Positions 28,903-39,653 are shown, counted from the stretch's first letter. The stretch is DNA of 64,000 nucleotides from an uncultured Gammaproteobacteria bacterium (GCA_964531275.1 CAZHDZ010000002.1:58180-122179); one strand, 5' to 3'. Notes: generated by a model not told the origin, from the sequence alone. Numbers and translations are program-made.

Positions 28903-31900
28903 ATGAATGTTAAGGTAGTCTTGGCTGGCATATTCTCTCTTGTCTTAGTTATTGGTTTTGGTGTTTATTTTTTGCAAAGTACTCCGTCGGTTTCAACAAT
29001 GCCTCGAGTAGCAAGTTTGATTTCACCATCGGAAGTAAAGCGAGAGATAGTTCAGTATCCCATTAACCCCAACATAACTATTGAGGTTGAAGCGCAAAAG
29101 ATTCCCGAGTTTGCGCTAGATATTTCAGACCCTAAGTATGAAAGAATTCTTGATGCATCAAGCGAGGAGCTCAATAAGCTTGCGAGCGTCAACGTATCGC
29201 ATGATGTGCGTACTGCAAACTTAGATACAAAATTAGCTGTAAATAAAGAAAAGAAAGAGCTTTTAGTGTCTGCCAAGGATATTCCAAATTTTAAGCCTGG
29301 CCTTTATACAATAAGTATGACTCTTCGTACCCTTGAGGGTGAGGTAAATCTTGAGCAAGATTTTGCATGGGGAGTTCTTGCCGTCAATACTAAAAAATCG
29401 GTTTATGCTCCTGGTGAAAAGGTGAATATTGGTATTGGTGTTCTGGATGATGGTGGTAATACCCAATGCAGAACTGGCTTTAATCATCTCTCCTCTCTCA
29501 GAATGACAGTTACTGCTCCTGGTGGTAAGGTTGCTGAGTACAATATCGAAGACAATTCAATTAAGGATAGCGGAAAATGTGCTGCTACCTCAGTTACCAA
29601 TGAGGCTGACTTTCAGGCTGAATACTTTAGTACAAATGAGCCAGGCGTTTATCAAATTTTTGTTGAATCCACGGTTAAGGGTAAAATAAGAAGTATTAAA
29701 GATTATTTTAAGGTCGATCCAAATGTTAAATTTGACGTTGAAAGAACAAGTTTTCCAACCCGTATCTATCCTTTTGCTCCTTATCCTGCAACTTTTAAAA
29801 TAACCTCAAAAGAGGATTATGAGGGTAAAGTTACAGATATTATGCCAGCTTTTTTTGACATTAAAAATGTCGGTGACAATGGAACAGTTACAGTTGTTGG
29901 TGATTATAAAGTGATAACCTGGCAAGTATCGCTTAAAAAAGGACAATCTCAAGAATTTACTTATCTTATTAAATTCCCACCTGTTTCTCCTGAATTCTAT
30001 TTGATAGGGCCAATAAAAGTTGGCAATTTTACAGAAGCTAGACAATGGCAAATAGCCTCAGATGCTATCAATTCCACATCTGGAGTTCTTGCTTATGAGG
30101 ATAATTCAGGTAGTACGACATGGTATAGATTATGGACAGGAACAGTGTGGAGTCCACTTGCCGGGTCAGCAGCTATCTCGGTGGACACAACTGGAGACAC
30201 CCCTGATGATAGTAGATGGTTTCGAATGGTTAGTAGTCCAAAGACCGGAGAAAAGCTTCTTGCCGCTTATGATAATTGCGGTGCACCAATAAGTACTGAA
30301 TGTATTTGGATGTATCGCTGGACAGGTACTGCTTGGGTTGAAGACTTCACAGTGAACGCAAATACACCTGATACTAATACTAATCTCATGGATGTAACCT
30401 ACGAAGAGCTGTCAGGGGAAGCTCTTTTTGTGTTTGGTGATAGTACTACGCAGCTTAAATACAGGCATAGATCAGGTGGCTCTTGGACGGCCACTTTGAA
30501 TGCAGGTACTGCTTTGGATTCGAGAAAAAAGTGGGTGAGAGCAAAATCTCAGTTTAATACGGACGCAATCCTTGTGGGATATCTAAATGACAATGAGCGT
30601 ACTGGAGCGTTGATATGGGATGGATCGACCAATACTTTTGGTGATCAATTTGAAGATGATGATTCTCCCGCTCAATCAGAAACAGCAACGAGCGATGAAT
30701 CGGCTTTTGATATAGCCTGGGAGACACAAAGTGGTACCCCAATGATGTTTTGGGGGAATACATCTCAGCAATTAATGTACCGTGAATTTACAGGTGGCTC
30801 TTGGTCGGGTGAGACCGCTATTTACACTACTGACGCTGATGCTGCAAATGATTTGGATTGGGTTACAGCAGCTGCAGACCCCACGTCCTCCAGCAACTAC
30901 ATTGCCCTTGCCATGCAGGAGGATTTGGATGATGATGGAACGGATGAGACTATAGATTGTGAATTTGGAATGTGGACGGGATCTGGCGTTGAGTCTCTAG
31001 GAGGTCTTGTAACATGTAGAAGTGATAACGATGGGAGACTTAACAATGTGGCATTTGAGAATACAGGTGGAAGAGCCGTATTTGTCTATGTAACAAGCGC
31101 TGATGGCAATAGTCTTACCTACAGAACATGGACAACGGGCGACGCCAGTCCAGGAACAAGCACCGCTATAACGGGTAACGTGGGGGATGATGGAGTTGAA
31201 CTTATAGAGTCTGTTCAGCTTCACACTGATCTTAATACAACCAGCATGATTGCTCTTGTTTCGGATTCCGACGCAGAATTGAGCGGGACGGATCTATATT
31301 CTTGGACATGGGATGGTTCTTCGTGGGCTTATAATTCCACTTCTTTACATGCTGCAATACAAAATGCAGGTGAAAATGCTGAAGCTTATGGGTTTGGATT
31401 TGATCGTAATCTTGAACAACAGGTTGCATACAGGTGGTTTGCAAATAGTGGCACAGTAGCTGTAGCCTCTGCTATTGGGTCTCAAGATACTCCGGCGCTT
31501 CTAACTTCTGCCAATCAACAATTTAGACTCCGGCTTCTAATTGCTACTACGGACACTCTTGGTACGAGCTTTAGGGACTATAAGTTGCAGTATGTTGATC
31601 CTGGTACAGGAACCTGCGCTTCCCCTACCGGGGGAACTCCATCAACCTGGACTGACGTACCGACAAGTGGAGGTTCTACGGTTTCATTCCATAACAACGC
31701 AACTCCTTCAGATGGAGACAATTTGACCGCAAACGGTTCACTTGATCCGACCTATCCTGGTACAACAAATGTTGCACAGGATTACGAGGAGGCAAACAAC
31801 TTCACTAATAGCGTGGCCTCCATAACTGCCGATACCCAGGTGGGCCTTTGGGATTTTTCACTGGTAGACAATACCTCCTTTGATCGTACTGCTCAGACTT

Positions 31901-32040
31901 ACTGTTTCCGTGTTGCGCGCACAAGCAATGTTGCGTTGCGGATTGGAATATATCCTCAGATTTCAACAGCTGCAGTTGATGATGTTCTTATTCAAGGGGG
32001 AACACAAATAAATCAAGGTACTTCGATAAACAACCCTTAG
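28903..32040 (+). CDS. Large membrane-anchored extracellular protein (Ig/MG2-like region plus W(D/T)GxxW propeller-like repeats)
   Basis: N-terminal TM; TKKSVYAPGEKVNI (MG2-like); repeated WTGTVW/WTGTAW/WDGSSW motifs; 1045-aa ORF. Confidence 0.7.
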   Translation: MNVKVVLAGIFSLVLVIGFGVYFLQSTPSVSTMPRVASLISPSEVKREIVQYPINPNITIEVEAQKIPEFALDISDPKYERILDASSEELNKLASVNVSHDVRTANLDTKLAVNKEKKELLVSAKDIPNFKPGLYTISMTLRTLEGEVNLEQDFAWGVLAVNTKKSVYAPGEKVNIGIGVLDDGGNTQCRTGFNHLSSLRMTVTAPGGKVAEYNIEDNSIKDSGKCAATSVTNEADFQAEYFSTNEPGVYQIFVESTVKGKIRSIKDYFKVDPNVKFDVERTSFPTRIYPFAPYPATFKITSKEDYEGKVTDIMPAFFDIKNVGDNGTVTVVGDYKVITWQVSLKKGQSQEFTYLIKFPPVSPEFYLIGPIKVGNFTEARQWQIASDAINSTSGVLAYEDNSGSTTWYRLWTGTVWSPLAGSAAISVDTTGDTPDDSRWFRMVSSPKTGEKLLAAYDNCGAPISTECIWMYRWTGTAWVEDFTVNANTPDTNTNLMDVTYEELSGEALFVFGDSTTQLKYRHRSGGSWTATLNAGTALDSRKKWVRAKSQFNTDAILVGYLNDNERTGALIWDGSTNTFGDQFEDDDSPAQSETATSDESAFDIAWETQSGTPMMFWGNTSQQLMYREFTGGSWSGETAIYTTDADAANDLDWVTAAADPTSSSNYIALAMQEDLDDDGTDETIDCEFGMWTGSGVESLGGLVTCRSDNDGRLNNVAFENTGGRAVFVYVTSADGNSLTYRTWTTGDASPGTSTAITGNVGDDGVELIESVQLHTDLNTTSMIALVSDSDAELSGTDLYSWTWDGSSWAYNSTSLHAAIQNAGENAEAYGFGFDRNLEQQVAYRWFANSGTVAVASAIGSQDTPALLTSANQQFRLRLLIATTDTLGTSFRDYKLQYVDPGTGTCASPTGGTPSTWTDVPTSGGSTVSFHNNATPSDGDNLTANGSLDPTYPGTTNVAQDYEEANNFTNSVASITADTQVGLWDFSLVDNTSFDRTAQTYCFRVARTSNVALRIGIYPQISTAAVDDVLIQGGTQINQGTSINNP

Positions 32041-32525
32041 TTCTCCCAGTTATTCTTGCTCTCTACCCTCTTGGTTAAATAGTATGGTTTTTCTTTTTAC
32101 CGCCTCCTCCATTCTTGTTGTAAGGGGCATTTACTCAAGTAATTCCGCCGTCAGGTTTGTAATACGAGAATGTTTTCGGTTGTAACCATAGCTTGTTTAT
32201 CATTGAAGTTTCTCGCTTATGTCCCACTTAAGGTTCATCCTTAATGAACTTAAACTAGATTAACCTAAGGATCGACCTTTGATAGCCTCAGTTAAGCTCT
32301 GTCCTTCGTCAGTCTCAGCGAATGTTTAAGCTTAAAGTAATCACAATAGAAAATAAGTCAAAGCCGGGGATTTAGTGAAATAAATAGACCTTAATGTTTA
32401 GAACAAGGAGTATCTTTGTTGAGAAGGTATTAAGCTAAATATGAAGTGAAAGTATTTCTATCAAGTTTAATTAAAAAACTAAACTACAATTAATCATGAA
32501 TCAGTTGATCAATTTATCAGAAGTC

Positions 32526-34811
32526 TTATTCTGTTGCAGCTTGAGTAGGCGTTGGAGAAAGGTTAGGAAGATTTGTATTTGGATTTCTTCTAACAGCTGC
32601 TGGTGTTGATACTTCAGGAGCATCATCAAGACCGTCTACGTTTACTCCGTCAGGTAGATTTGATTGTCCAGAAGGAATTGTTGCGCCGCTCTTTGCTGCA
32701 TCTGGGTTCTTTGCAATTGTGTCATTGATCTCTTTGACTAATGCTGTTGCGATCTTGAAGTCTTGAGAGTCTTTGTTCTTTGAGAGTAAGTTTGCAGCTT
32801 GTTCAGCAACTAGCTTTGCATTATTTAGGTCTCCTTTGTCGCGAAGTGCGATTGCAAGGTTGAAGTATGCATTTGCATTGTCTGGTTTTAGGTTTGCAGC
32901 GTCAGTGAAGAATCGGATAGCTAGATCATAGTTCTTAGCTTGATAGTAGATTCCTCCAACGCTAATTCTAAGTGCAGGATTCAATGGATCTCTCTGAATT
33001 GCTCTTCCGTATGCATCTAGTGAGAATGTAAGCGCGTTTTGTGCAACTCCAGTGATGTTTCTGTATATAGATGCTAATACTTCCCAATTTCTCGCTGAAA
33101 GAGGTGATAGTGCTACAGCTACTCTTCCTTCGTTTATAGACTGTGAAAGAAGTGTCTGGATTGTTCTTCTATCCTGATCAGTCAAAGAACCTTGTGGATT
33201 TGCTTCAGTTGGGCCCTTTTGAGTTGCGATTGCATTTGCAAGAGCAAAGTTAGTTTGTGCCATGTCAATTCTGTAAAGGTCGATGTATGGGTTGAGTGAT
33301 TCTGCTTTCTGCAAATTAGTGTAGGTTGCATTTCCGCTCTTGTTAGCCTGCAATAATGCTTGTCTGTGGTAGAAATCAGCCATTATTGTGTTGTATGCGT
33401 TGTAAAGAACAGGTGCAGCACCAACTAGGAAGACTACGAATACAATTACAGGAAGTAGGTCAAATTGTTTATCATCTGCAGTTGAAGCTTTTAGGCCCAT
33501 TGAAAGGTTCATAACTTTGTCACGAATTTGTTTCTGAGATGCCATAAGGGCTGCAAATACGATTATCATTCCGACAACCGATACTAAGGTTGTTGCGTGT
33601 AGAGCTAGTAAGAGTACTGCTACTAGTGATCCAACAGCAAGAGAAGGAGTTATTATGTGAGTTCCGTCAGAATCTGTTGCTGGAAGAGAAAGAACTTTTC
33701 TTGTGTTATTAAGTACTACTAGACATATTATTGTTAGAGAAAGCAGTCCGAGTAGTCCAAGGGTGCCCCAAACTTGTAGGAATTCATTGTAAGCTGAGTC
33801 AAAAGTGAAATTCCAGTAGTTAAGTACATTGAACTCTAATGGCTTGTAGCTTGTGAAGTTGAACAGGTATGTTGATGGACCAGTACCTAGCAATGGAGCA
33901 TCTCTGAAAGCAGATGCACTAACTTTCCATGAGATAGCAAAAGGAAGTTGGATTTCTCGTGGGAATTTAGATTGCATGTCGTGAATACCGTTGCCTGGGA
34001 AAGGAAGGTATGCAAGAACTAGAATTACAACAGCTACAGCAGCTGGTGCTAAGAATAACGGTAATGCCTTTCGGAATTTAGCAACCTTGTGAGGCTTTGC
34101 GACCAAGAAACAAAGTGCGAATACTACTGCAAGCGCAATGTATGTGGGAACAGATCCTATAAGAGCTATAGTTGCAGCGAACAAAATAGATAGAGTTAAG
34201 GCTGCGGGGGTAGGTAGGAATTTATTTACGCTAATAGTTGAGAGTAATGGCAATGGTAAGAGCATTAATAGAAATGCAACTGTTGAGAAGGATGAGCCTG
34301 TTGTAGTGAAATTAACCGCTTGTGCGAAATTGAATGGAAGGAATAGCCCAAAGAATGAAAGTACACTTACTAAAGCAACTGCTGCTGCACTTCCATAGAC
34401 TACATATAATAAAGTCTTGAGTCGTACTACTGATTTGAGGTTGGATACGGTTACAAAATATAGCAATATATAGGTTACCCAAGATACTGCTGAGCCATGA
34501 ACACGAGGAAAATTGCCGTAAATAGCCTGATATTTTGAAATACTGAAGAATGCAGACACAACAATTATTCCCAATAGAAGCAAGAGAGGAATATCTAATG
34601 GAGTTCTTGTTATTTGTACCTTACCTTTTAATATCCAAGAGAAAATCCAAAGTCCTAGAAGCACAACTGTCGAAACAACTAAGAAAGCCAGTTTTGGCAT
34701 TTCGTAGAATTCAGTTGTTTGGTTAACAAAGAATAAAGGAGTTAATCCTCCTACAACCAGGAGAAGAAAAGCAATAGCATTGTCGATGACTGATGATATC
34801 TGATTTCGCAT
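32526..34811 (-). CDS. O-antigen ligase/Wzy_C-like membrane protein with C-terminal TPR repeats
   Basis: About 12 TM segments; W...APLLGTGPSTY...SAYNEFLQ..GTLGLLG motif; TPR helices (AIQRDPLNP, AANLKPDNANAYFNLA). Confidence 0.8.
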   Translation of the reverse strand: MRNQISSVIDNAIAFLLLVVGGLTPLFFVNQTTEFYEMPKLAFLVVSTVVLLGLWIFSWILKGKVQITRTPLDIPLLLLLGIIVVSAFFSISKYQAIYGNFPRVHGSAVSWVTYILLYFVTVSNLKSVVRLKTLLYVVYGSAAAVALVSVLSFFGLFLPFNFAQAVNFTTTGSSFSTVAFLLMLLPLPLLSTISVNKFLPTPAALTLSILFAATIALIGSVPTYIALAVVFALCFLVAKPHKVAKFRKALPLFLAPAAVAVVILVLAYLPFPGNGIHDMQSKFPREIQLPFAISWKVSASAFRDAPLLGTGPSTYLFNFTSYKPLEFNVLNYWNFTFDSAYNEFLQVWGTLGLLGLLSLTIICLVVLNNTRKVLSLPATDSDGTHIITPSLAVGSLVAVLLLALHATTLVSVVGMIIVFAALMASQKQIRDKVMNLSMGLKASTADDKQFDLLPVIVFVVFLVGAAPVLYNAYNTIMADFYHRQALLQANKSGNATYTNLQKAESLNPYIDLYRIDMAQTNFALANAIATQKGPTEANPQGSLTDQDRRTIQTLLSQSINEGRVAVALSPLSARNWEVLASIYRNITGVAQNALTFSLDAYGRAIQRDPLNPALRISVGGIYYQAKNYDLAIRFFTDAANLKPDNANAYFNLAIALRDKGDLNNAKLVAEQAANLLSKNKDSQDFKIATALVKEINDTIAKNPDAAKSGATIPSGQSNLPDGVNVDGLDDAPEVSTPAAVRRNPNTNLPNLSPTPTQAATE

Positions 34812-34931
34812 AGCGATAATTTATATAATCACAATTTAAAAAACGCGTCAAGTAGCAAAATTGGACTATGTCTATAGCATTTTCGGTGATACCCTCCTTT
34901 TGGAAAGTACCCCTTTTTTAGGGAGTTTTTT

Positions 34932-36875
34932 CTAACCTAATGAAGCCTTAAATTGGGTGGTAAGTATGTACTCTATATCTTTTCTAGCTGGTTCTATGTC
35001 GCTAGTTGTGAGACTTTTTGCTCTACTCATATAGGTAATCCTGAATGTTTTTTTTGTTTTGTATACATCAAGAAGCGATACGGCATACACCAATTCGCTT
35101 GACTCCTTTAATGCTTTTTCAATTTTTGCAAAAGGATAATGTGCTGGGATCTCTACTCTAACATCTTCAATAAGTGGTGGGAATTTTGCCGGCTCTTTAT
35201 ATTTTTTCTTTGAATTTGCATGCGCAAGTAGTTCTTGCATGTCAATTTCGATCGTTATGTCCTCTTCCGCTTCTATTGACCCTATACTTTTCCCAGAGAT
35301 CATGATACTTGCTCCCTCTATCCCCTCTTTTTTCTTTTCAAAAGAGATATTAGATATACCAAGAACTTTCGCAACAGATTCCACTATTCCCTTTCCATCA
35401 AAAAAAGTAGCATCTGGTTTTCTTATGACAACTGCCAGATGAAGAATCTCGTCTGGTAAGCCTTTTGGTTTTTTTACATATATATTGGCTAATTCAAAAA
35501 GTTGAATGTCGGTAGATTTATTTTGGTTTGCTATTTCTACAACACTTGGTATAAGAGAATTTCTCAGATATGTCTTATCTTCAGTTAGTGGATTTTTAAG
35601 CTTGAGAGCGTTTTCAATTGGACCATCAAACAATTCTTCAGTTACCAATGAGTAGGTATAGACTTCGTTGTAACCCCAAAATCGGAATGCCTCTTTTACT
35701 TTTTGTATCCAATAAAATTCGTTTTGATCTTGATGGTAATTCGTTTGTTCTGTGAGGGCTGGTAACGAATTAGGGATTTTATGATACCCATATACACGGG
35801 CTACCTCTTCGATTATATCTTCAGGGATATCAATATCATTTACTCTTGATGTGAAGATTTCGACTGAGAATTCATCACCTTCTACTGCAACAGTAAAGCC
35901 TAAGCTTGTTAGTATGTCGACAATTGTTTTTTGAGGAATATCAATACCTATTACAGAGTCAATTTTTTCCTTAGTTACTTTAATAGTTTTTGATTTTATT
36001 TTATTTGGATAAATATCAATGATTGGAGAAAGTAATTTCGCATTTGCGTATTTCTTCAGAAGTTCAATGCCCGTAACAAGAGTTGGAAGCATAATGTCTG
36101 GGTTAATTCCTTTTTCATTTAACACTGCGGCCTCAGTGCGTATTCCTAAATTCATAGAAGTCTTTCGAAGTAGATTGTGATTATTATTATCAAGGAATAG
36201 AACTATTCTTTTTGTATCCTCGACTACTACACTATTTGCAGTACCCATAATTCCAAGTAAGTCCACAATATTTCCAGTGCCGTCGTCTGCGACAATGTCA
36301 TTTCCTGGGAGGGTGTATTCCTTGCCGTCAAGAGTTGTTATCTTTTCGCCCTTTTTCGATTTCCTTATGTTGAGTGTGTGATTGGGAAGACGGTCATAGT
36401 CAAAAACATGTGATGGGTGTCCAATTTCGCGCATAATATAATTTGTTACATCCACCGCATTATTAATGGAACGGATGCCAGTCTTAGTAAGTCGATCAGA
36501 AATATGCTCAGGGGAAGCATGAAGATCAATTTCTAGCACTACAGCCATTATTCGGTTTACAAGCTCCGGGTCACCCGAAATTGTCAGAAGATTACTTTTG
36601 CCGGTGGGGGTATTGTAGGCAATTTTTTGAGGCTTGAATTTTGCGGTATATCCCTGCTGGGGAAGAACTGCAGATGCTTCTCGAGCGATCCCAATAATGC
36701 TCATAAGATCTGGTCTATTTGTTGTTACTTCTATGTCATACACATAGTCATCCCCAATCTTTTCAATGCGTTCTATTGAGACACTTGTAAGACTCATAGC
36801 ATCGGCAAATTGTTGAGGAGTTGCATTTGTTTCTAGATAGTCAGAAAGCCAACTGTTTGGTATTAAAATATTCAT
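34932..36875 (-). CDS. pheT: Phenylalanine-tRNA ligase beta subunit (short form lacking the B2 OB-fold)
   Basis: DIEVTTNRPDLMS, B3/4 domain, DIIEEVARVYGY, LKNPL...LRNSL; directly downstream of pheS. Confidence 0.95.
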   Translation of the reverse strand: MNILIPNSWLSDYLETNATPQQFADAMSLTSVSIERIEKIGDDYVYDIEVTTNRPDLMSIIGIAREASAVLPQQGYTAKFKPQKIAYNTPTGKSNLLTISGDPELVNRIMAVVLEIDLHASPEHISDRLTKTGIRSINNAVDVTNYIMREIGHPSHVFDYDRLPNHTLNIRKSKKGEKITTLDGKEYTLPGNDIVADDGTGNIVDLLGIMGTANSVVVEDTKRIVLFLDNNNHNLLRKTSMNLGIRTEAAVLNEKGINPDIMLPTLVTGIELLKKYANAKLLSPIIDIYPNKIKSKTIKVTKEKIDSVIGIDIPQKTIVDILTSLGFTVAVEGDEFSVEIFTSRVNDIDIPEDIIEEVARVYGYHKIPNSLPALTEQTNYHQDQNEFYWIQKVKEAFRFWGYNEVYTYSLVTEELFDGPIENALKLKNPLTEDKTYLRNSLIPSVVEIANQNKSTDIQLFELANIYVKKPKGLPDEILHLAVVIRKPDATFFDGKGIVESVAKVLGISNISFEKKKEGIEGASIMISGKSIGSIEAEEDITIEIDMQELLAHANSKKKYKEPAKFPPLIEDVRVEIPAHYPFAKIEKALKESSELVYAVSLLDVYKTKKTFRITYMSRAKSLTTSDIEPARKDIEYILTTQFKASLG

Positions 36876-36970
36876 ATATTTATTTTTTAGGGTTTAGATC
36901 TTAGAGTTTAGGGTTTAGTTTTATTAGAATTTAACTAAACGCTATACGCTATTTTACTATACGCTTTTCT

Positions 36971-38017
36971 CTAGAATTGTTTTAGGAAATCCAAGTCATT
37001 TGAATAAAGTATTCTTAAATCATCCAATTTGAGTCCTTCTTTCATCATAAGAACTCTTTCAACGCCCCACCCAAAAGCAAATCCAGTATATTTTTTAGGG
37101 TCGATATTGCCTGCCTTTAGTACATTTGGATGCACCATGCCGCTGCCTCCCATTTCGAGCCATCCGGCCTTACAAAGTTTGCAGCCTTTTCCAAGACAAA
37201 CACCGCAAGTAACATCAATTTCAAATGATGGTTCTGTGAACTGAAAGTGATAGGGGCGTATCCTAAAAGTTCTTTCTTCGCCAAAAAAGCTTTTGACAAA
37301 ATATTCTAATACTCCTTTGAGATGAGAAATATTTATTCCCTCTCCCACTACGAGTCCCTCGAATTGATGGAACATCTGAGTGTGGGATACATCGGACTGT
37401 CTCCTATAGCATTTTGCAATGTTAAGCATTTTTATAGGAAGTTTGCCCTTAAGCATCTCCCGTACTTGTCCTGATGACGTATGTGGGGTTAGAAGTACCG
37501 GTCCTAATTTTGGATCTGCTTCTTGTTCTACAAAGAATGTTTCCCAGTCGTCCCGTGCTGGATGATTTTCCGGAAAATTTAGAGCGCCGAATGCATACCA
37601 GTCAAATTCGACTTCTGGATAGCGCACGCGGGCAAATCCAATCTTTTCAAATATCGCTGTTATCTCTTCGATTGCTTGAGTTACTAGATGAAGAGATCCA
37701 ACAGGAGGCATTATTCCTGGCATAGTAATATCAAGCTCCTCTCCCCTACTCTTTGTAAGCGTTGCTTTTTTTGCTTCTTTTTTTAGGTCAGTTCTTTTGT
37801 CATTGATTTGTTCTTCTAAAGAATCTTTTATTTCATTGGCTAATTTACCTATCTCCGCTCTTTTTTCAATATCGACTTTTGGAAGATCTTTTAAAGCCAA
37901 TGTAAGTTTTCCCTTTTTACCTAAATAATCTACATAGATTCTTTCTATCTCATCTCCTTCTGCAGAAAGAATTTGAGACATGGCCTCATTTTTTATATGT
38001 AGTAGGTTTTCTTCCAT
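36971..38017 (-). CDS. pheS: Phenylalanine-tRNA ligase alpha subunit
   Basis: HPARD, HTSSGQ, FHQFEG, FQFTEPSFE, GFAFGWGVER. Confidence 0.97.
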   Translation of the reverse strand: MEENLLHIKNEAMSQILSAEGDEIERIYVDYLGKKGKLTLALKDLPKVDIEKRAEIGKLANEIKDSLEEQINDKRTDLKKEAKKATLTKSRGEELDITMPGIMPPVGSLHLVTQAIEEITAIFEKIGFARVRYPEVEFDWYAFGALNFPENHPARDDWETFFVEQEADPKLGPVLLTPHTSSGQVREMLKGKLPIKMLNIAKCYRRQSDVSHTQMFHQFEGLVVGEGINISHLKGVLEYFVKSFFGEERTFRIRPYHFQFTEPSFEIDVTCGVCLGKGCKLCKAGWLEMGGSGMVHPNVLKAGNIDPKKYTGFAFGWGVERVLMMKEGLKLDDLRILYSNDLDFLKQF

Positions 38018-38018
38018 A

Positions 38019-38423
38019 TTATTTTAAGCAGGATTCTATCATTTCTCTTGTGTCATCTAGTGTTGAAAGTTTTTCCCATTCTGATCTTCGAAACCATTTG
38101 GCATCATTTGTCTCTTCATCGCAAGATATATCAATTGTACCAGATATAAGCTCGACCTTGAAGCCATAGAGAGTATATTGTTTGCCTCCATAAGGATGCA
38201 CTATTATAGAAGCCTCTTTCGATACCACTTCCACCGTGTATCCAGTTTCTTCCAAAAACTCTCTGACACAAGCATCAGGTGGGGTTTCGTCTTTGTTAAT
38301 TTCACCGCCAGGCAATTGCCATTTGAGATGAACGTTTGGAGATTCTGGTGAAAATCTTTGGGTTAACAGTATTTTGCCATGTGTATCTTGTAATACGCCG
38401 ATGGCTACTGGAATATTTTTCAT
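38019..38423 (-). CDS. NUDIX hydrolase (MutT-like)
   Basis: Nudix box PGGEINKDETPPDACVREFLEETGY. Confidence 0.9.
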   Translation of the reverse strand: MKNIPVAIGVLQDTHGKILLTQRFSPESPNVHLKWQLPGGEINKDETPPDACVREFLEETGYTVEVVSKEASIIVHPYGGKQYTLYGFKVELISGTIDISCDEETNDAKWFRRSEWEKLSTLDDTREMIESCLK

Positions 38424-38434
38424 ATTTTTAATAC

Positions 38435-38459
38435 AAAAAAAGCCTCCTGGGGAGGCTTT
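38435..38459 (-). terminator. Intrinsic terminator between rplT and NUDIX-pheST
   Basis: Minus strand AAAGCCTCC-CCA-GGAGGCTTTTTTT. Confidence 0.75.
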
Positions 38460-38482
38460 GGAAAAAGATGTTTGGCACTTTA

Positions 38483-38836
38483 TTACTTTGTACCAAATGC
38501 CTCTTTCACGATCATTCTAAAAGCTTCACGATTTTCACTAACAAGACCTGAAAGAATCTTTCTATCGATTTCTATATTTTTTAGCTTGAGTGCATTGATG
38601 AATCGGCTGTATGAATAACCCTCTTCTTTAACCGCTTCACCGATTCTTACAATCCAAAGTCTTCGAAAATCTCTCTTCTTTCTCTTTCGACCATGGTATG
38701 CGTACTGATCTGCATGCAAAACAGCCTCGGTTGCTGTTTTGATCAGTCTTGATCGTGTGCCTCGGTAACCCTTGGCTAGATCAAATATTTTATTGTGTTT
38801 TCTGTGGGTAACTACCCCTCTTTTTACTCTACTCAT
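38483..38836 (-). CDS. rplT: 50S ribosomal protein L20
   Basis: MSRVKRG...AKGYRG...RKRKKRDFRRLWIVRI. Confidence 0.97.
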   Translation of the reverse strand: MSRVKRGVVTHRKHNKIFDLAKGYRGTRSRLIKTATEAVLHADQYAYHGRKRKKRDFRRLWIVRIGEAVKEEGYSYSRFINALKLKNIEIDRKILSGLVSENREAFRMIVKEAFGTK

Positions 38837-38910
38837 AGTTTATTCGTGAGCAAGCTTCGCTTACTCTACTCATATGTTTTTACCCCTGCTTTAGCTGGGG
38901 CAAGCTTCGC

Positions 38911-39108
38911 TTATGCTTCTCCTAATAAATGTCTAATTTTCTTAGCAAATGCTCCGTGTAGTTGCTTTACCTCTTTTTGTGCTCTTAATGTACTTTTTGA
39001 TTTATGAGATCTTAAATGGCTTCTCATTTGTGATCCACGAAGAACTTTTCCGGTTTTTGTAACCTTGAATCTTCTTTTAACAGATCTTTTTATTTTAAGT
39101 TTGTACAT
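38911..39108 (-). CDS. rpmI: 50S ribosomal protein L35
   Basis: KLK..RSVKRRFKVTKTGKV...SH; canonical position between infC and rplT. Confidence 0.95.
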   Translation of the reverse strand: MYKLKIKRSVKRRFKVTKTGKVLRGSQMRSHLRSHKSKSTLRAQKEVKQLHGAFAKKIRHLLGEA

Positions 39109-39119
39109 ATACTTATTTA

Positions 39120-39653
39120 TTATTTACTTTTGGTGACAAACATTACCATTTGTCTTCCTTCCATTTTTATATCTCGTTCTACTTTTGCTAATTCACCTAA
39201 TTTTTCAAGTACCATGTCCAACTTTTGGCGTCCTATCTCTTGATGGCCCATTTGTCGTCCTGTGAACCTGACTGAGAATTTAACCTTGTTGCCTTCAGTT
39301 AAAAATTCAGTAGCTTTTTTTAGCTTAATGTCTAAATCGTGCTCTCCGATAAAAGGTCCGAATCTGATTTGCTTTGTTTCAGATCCTTTTACTCCTTTTT
39401 TCTCTTCCTGCTTCTTTTTCTTTAGCTGATAAAGAAATTTAGAGTAATCTATAAGTTTTGCGACAGGTGGCTTAGCCAAAGGCGCTACTTCTACAAGATC
39501 GACTCCTAGTTCTTCAGCCTTTGCCAAAGCTTCCCTGATTGACAGAATGCCAATCATTTCGCCTTGATCATCAAGAACTCTCACTTCGGAAGCCCGAATT
39601 TGGTAATTCTTTCTGTAAAAGACTTTTGGTTTGAATTTATTGTTTGGTCTCAA
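39120..39653 (-). CDS. infC: Translation initiation factor IF-3
   Basis: NYQIRASEVRV...DLVEVAP.AKPPVAK..DY.KF.Y; synteny. Confidence 0.96.
   Translation of the reverse strand: MRPNNKFKPKVFYRKNYQIRASEVRVLDDQGEMIGILSIREALAKAEELGVDLVEVAPLAKPPVAKLIDYSKFLYQLKKKKQEEKKGVKGSETKQIRFGPFIGEHDLDIKLKKATEFLTEGNKVKFSVRFTGRQMGHQEIGRQKLDMVLEKLGELAKVERDIKMEGRQMVMFVTKSK

Noticed and set aside
32041-32330. Possible pseudogene or REP remnant (AAGGTTCATCCTT and AAGGATCGACCTT hairpins)
   Set aside because: No recognisable reading frame or family; only two imperfect palindromes, too little to call.
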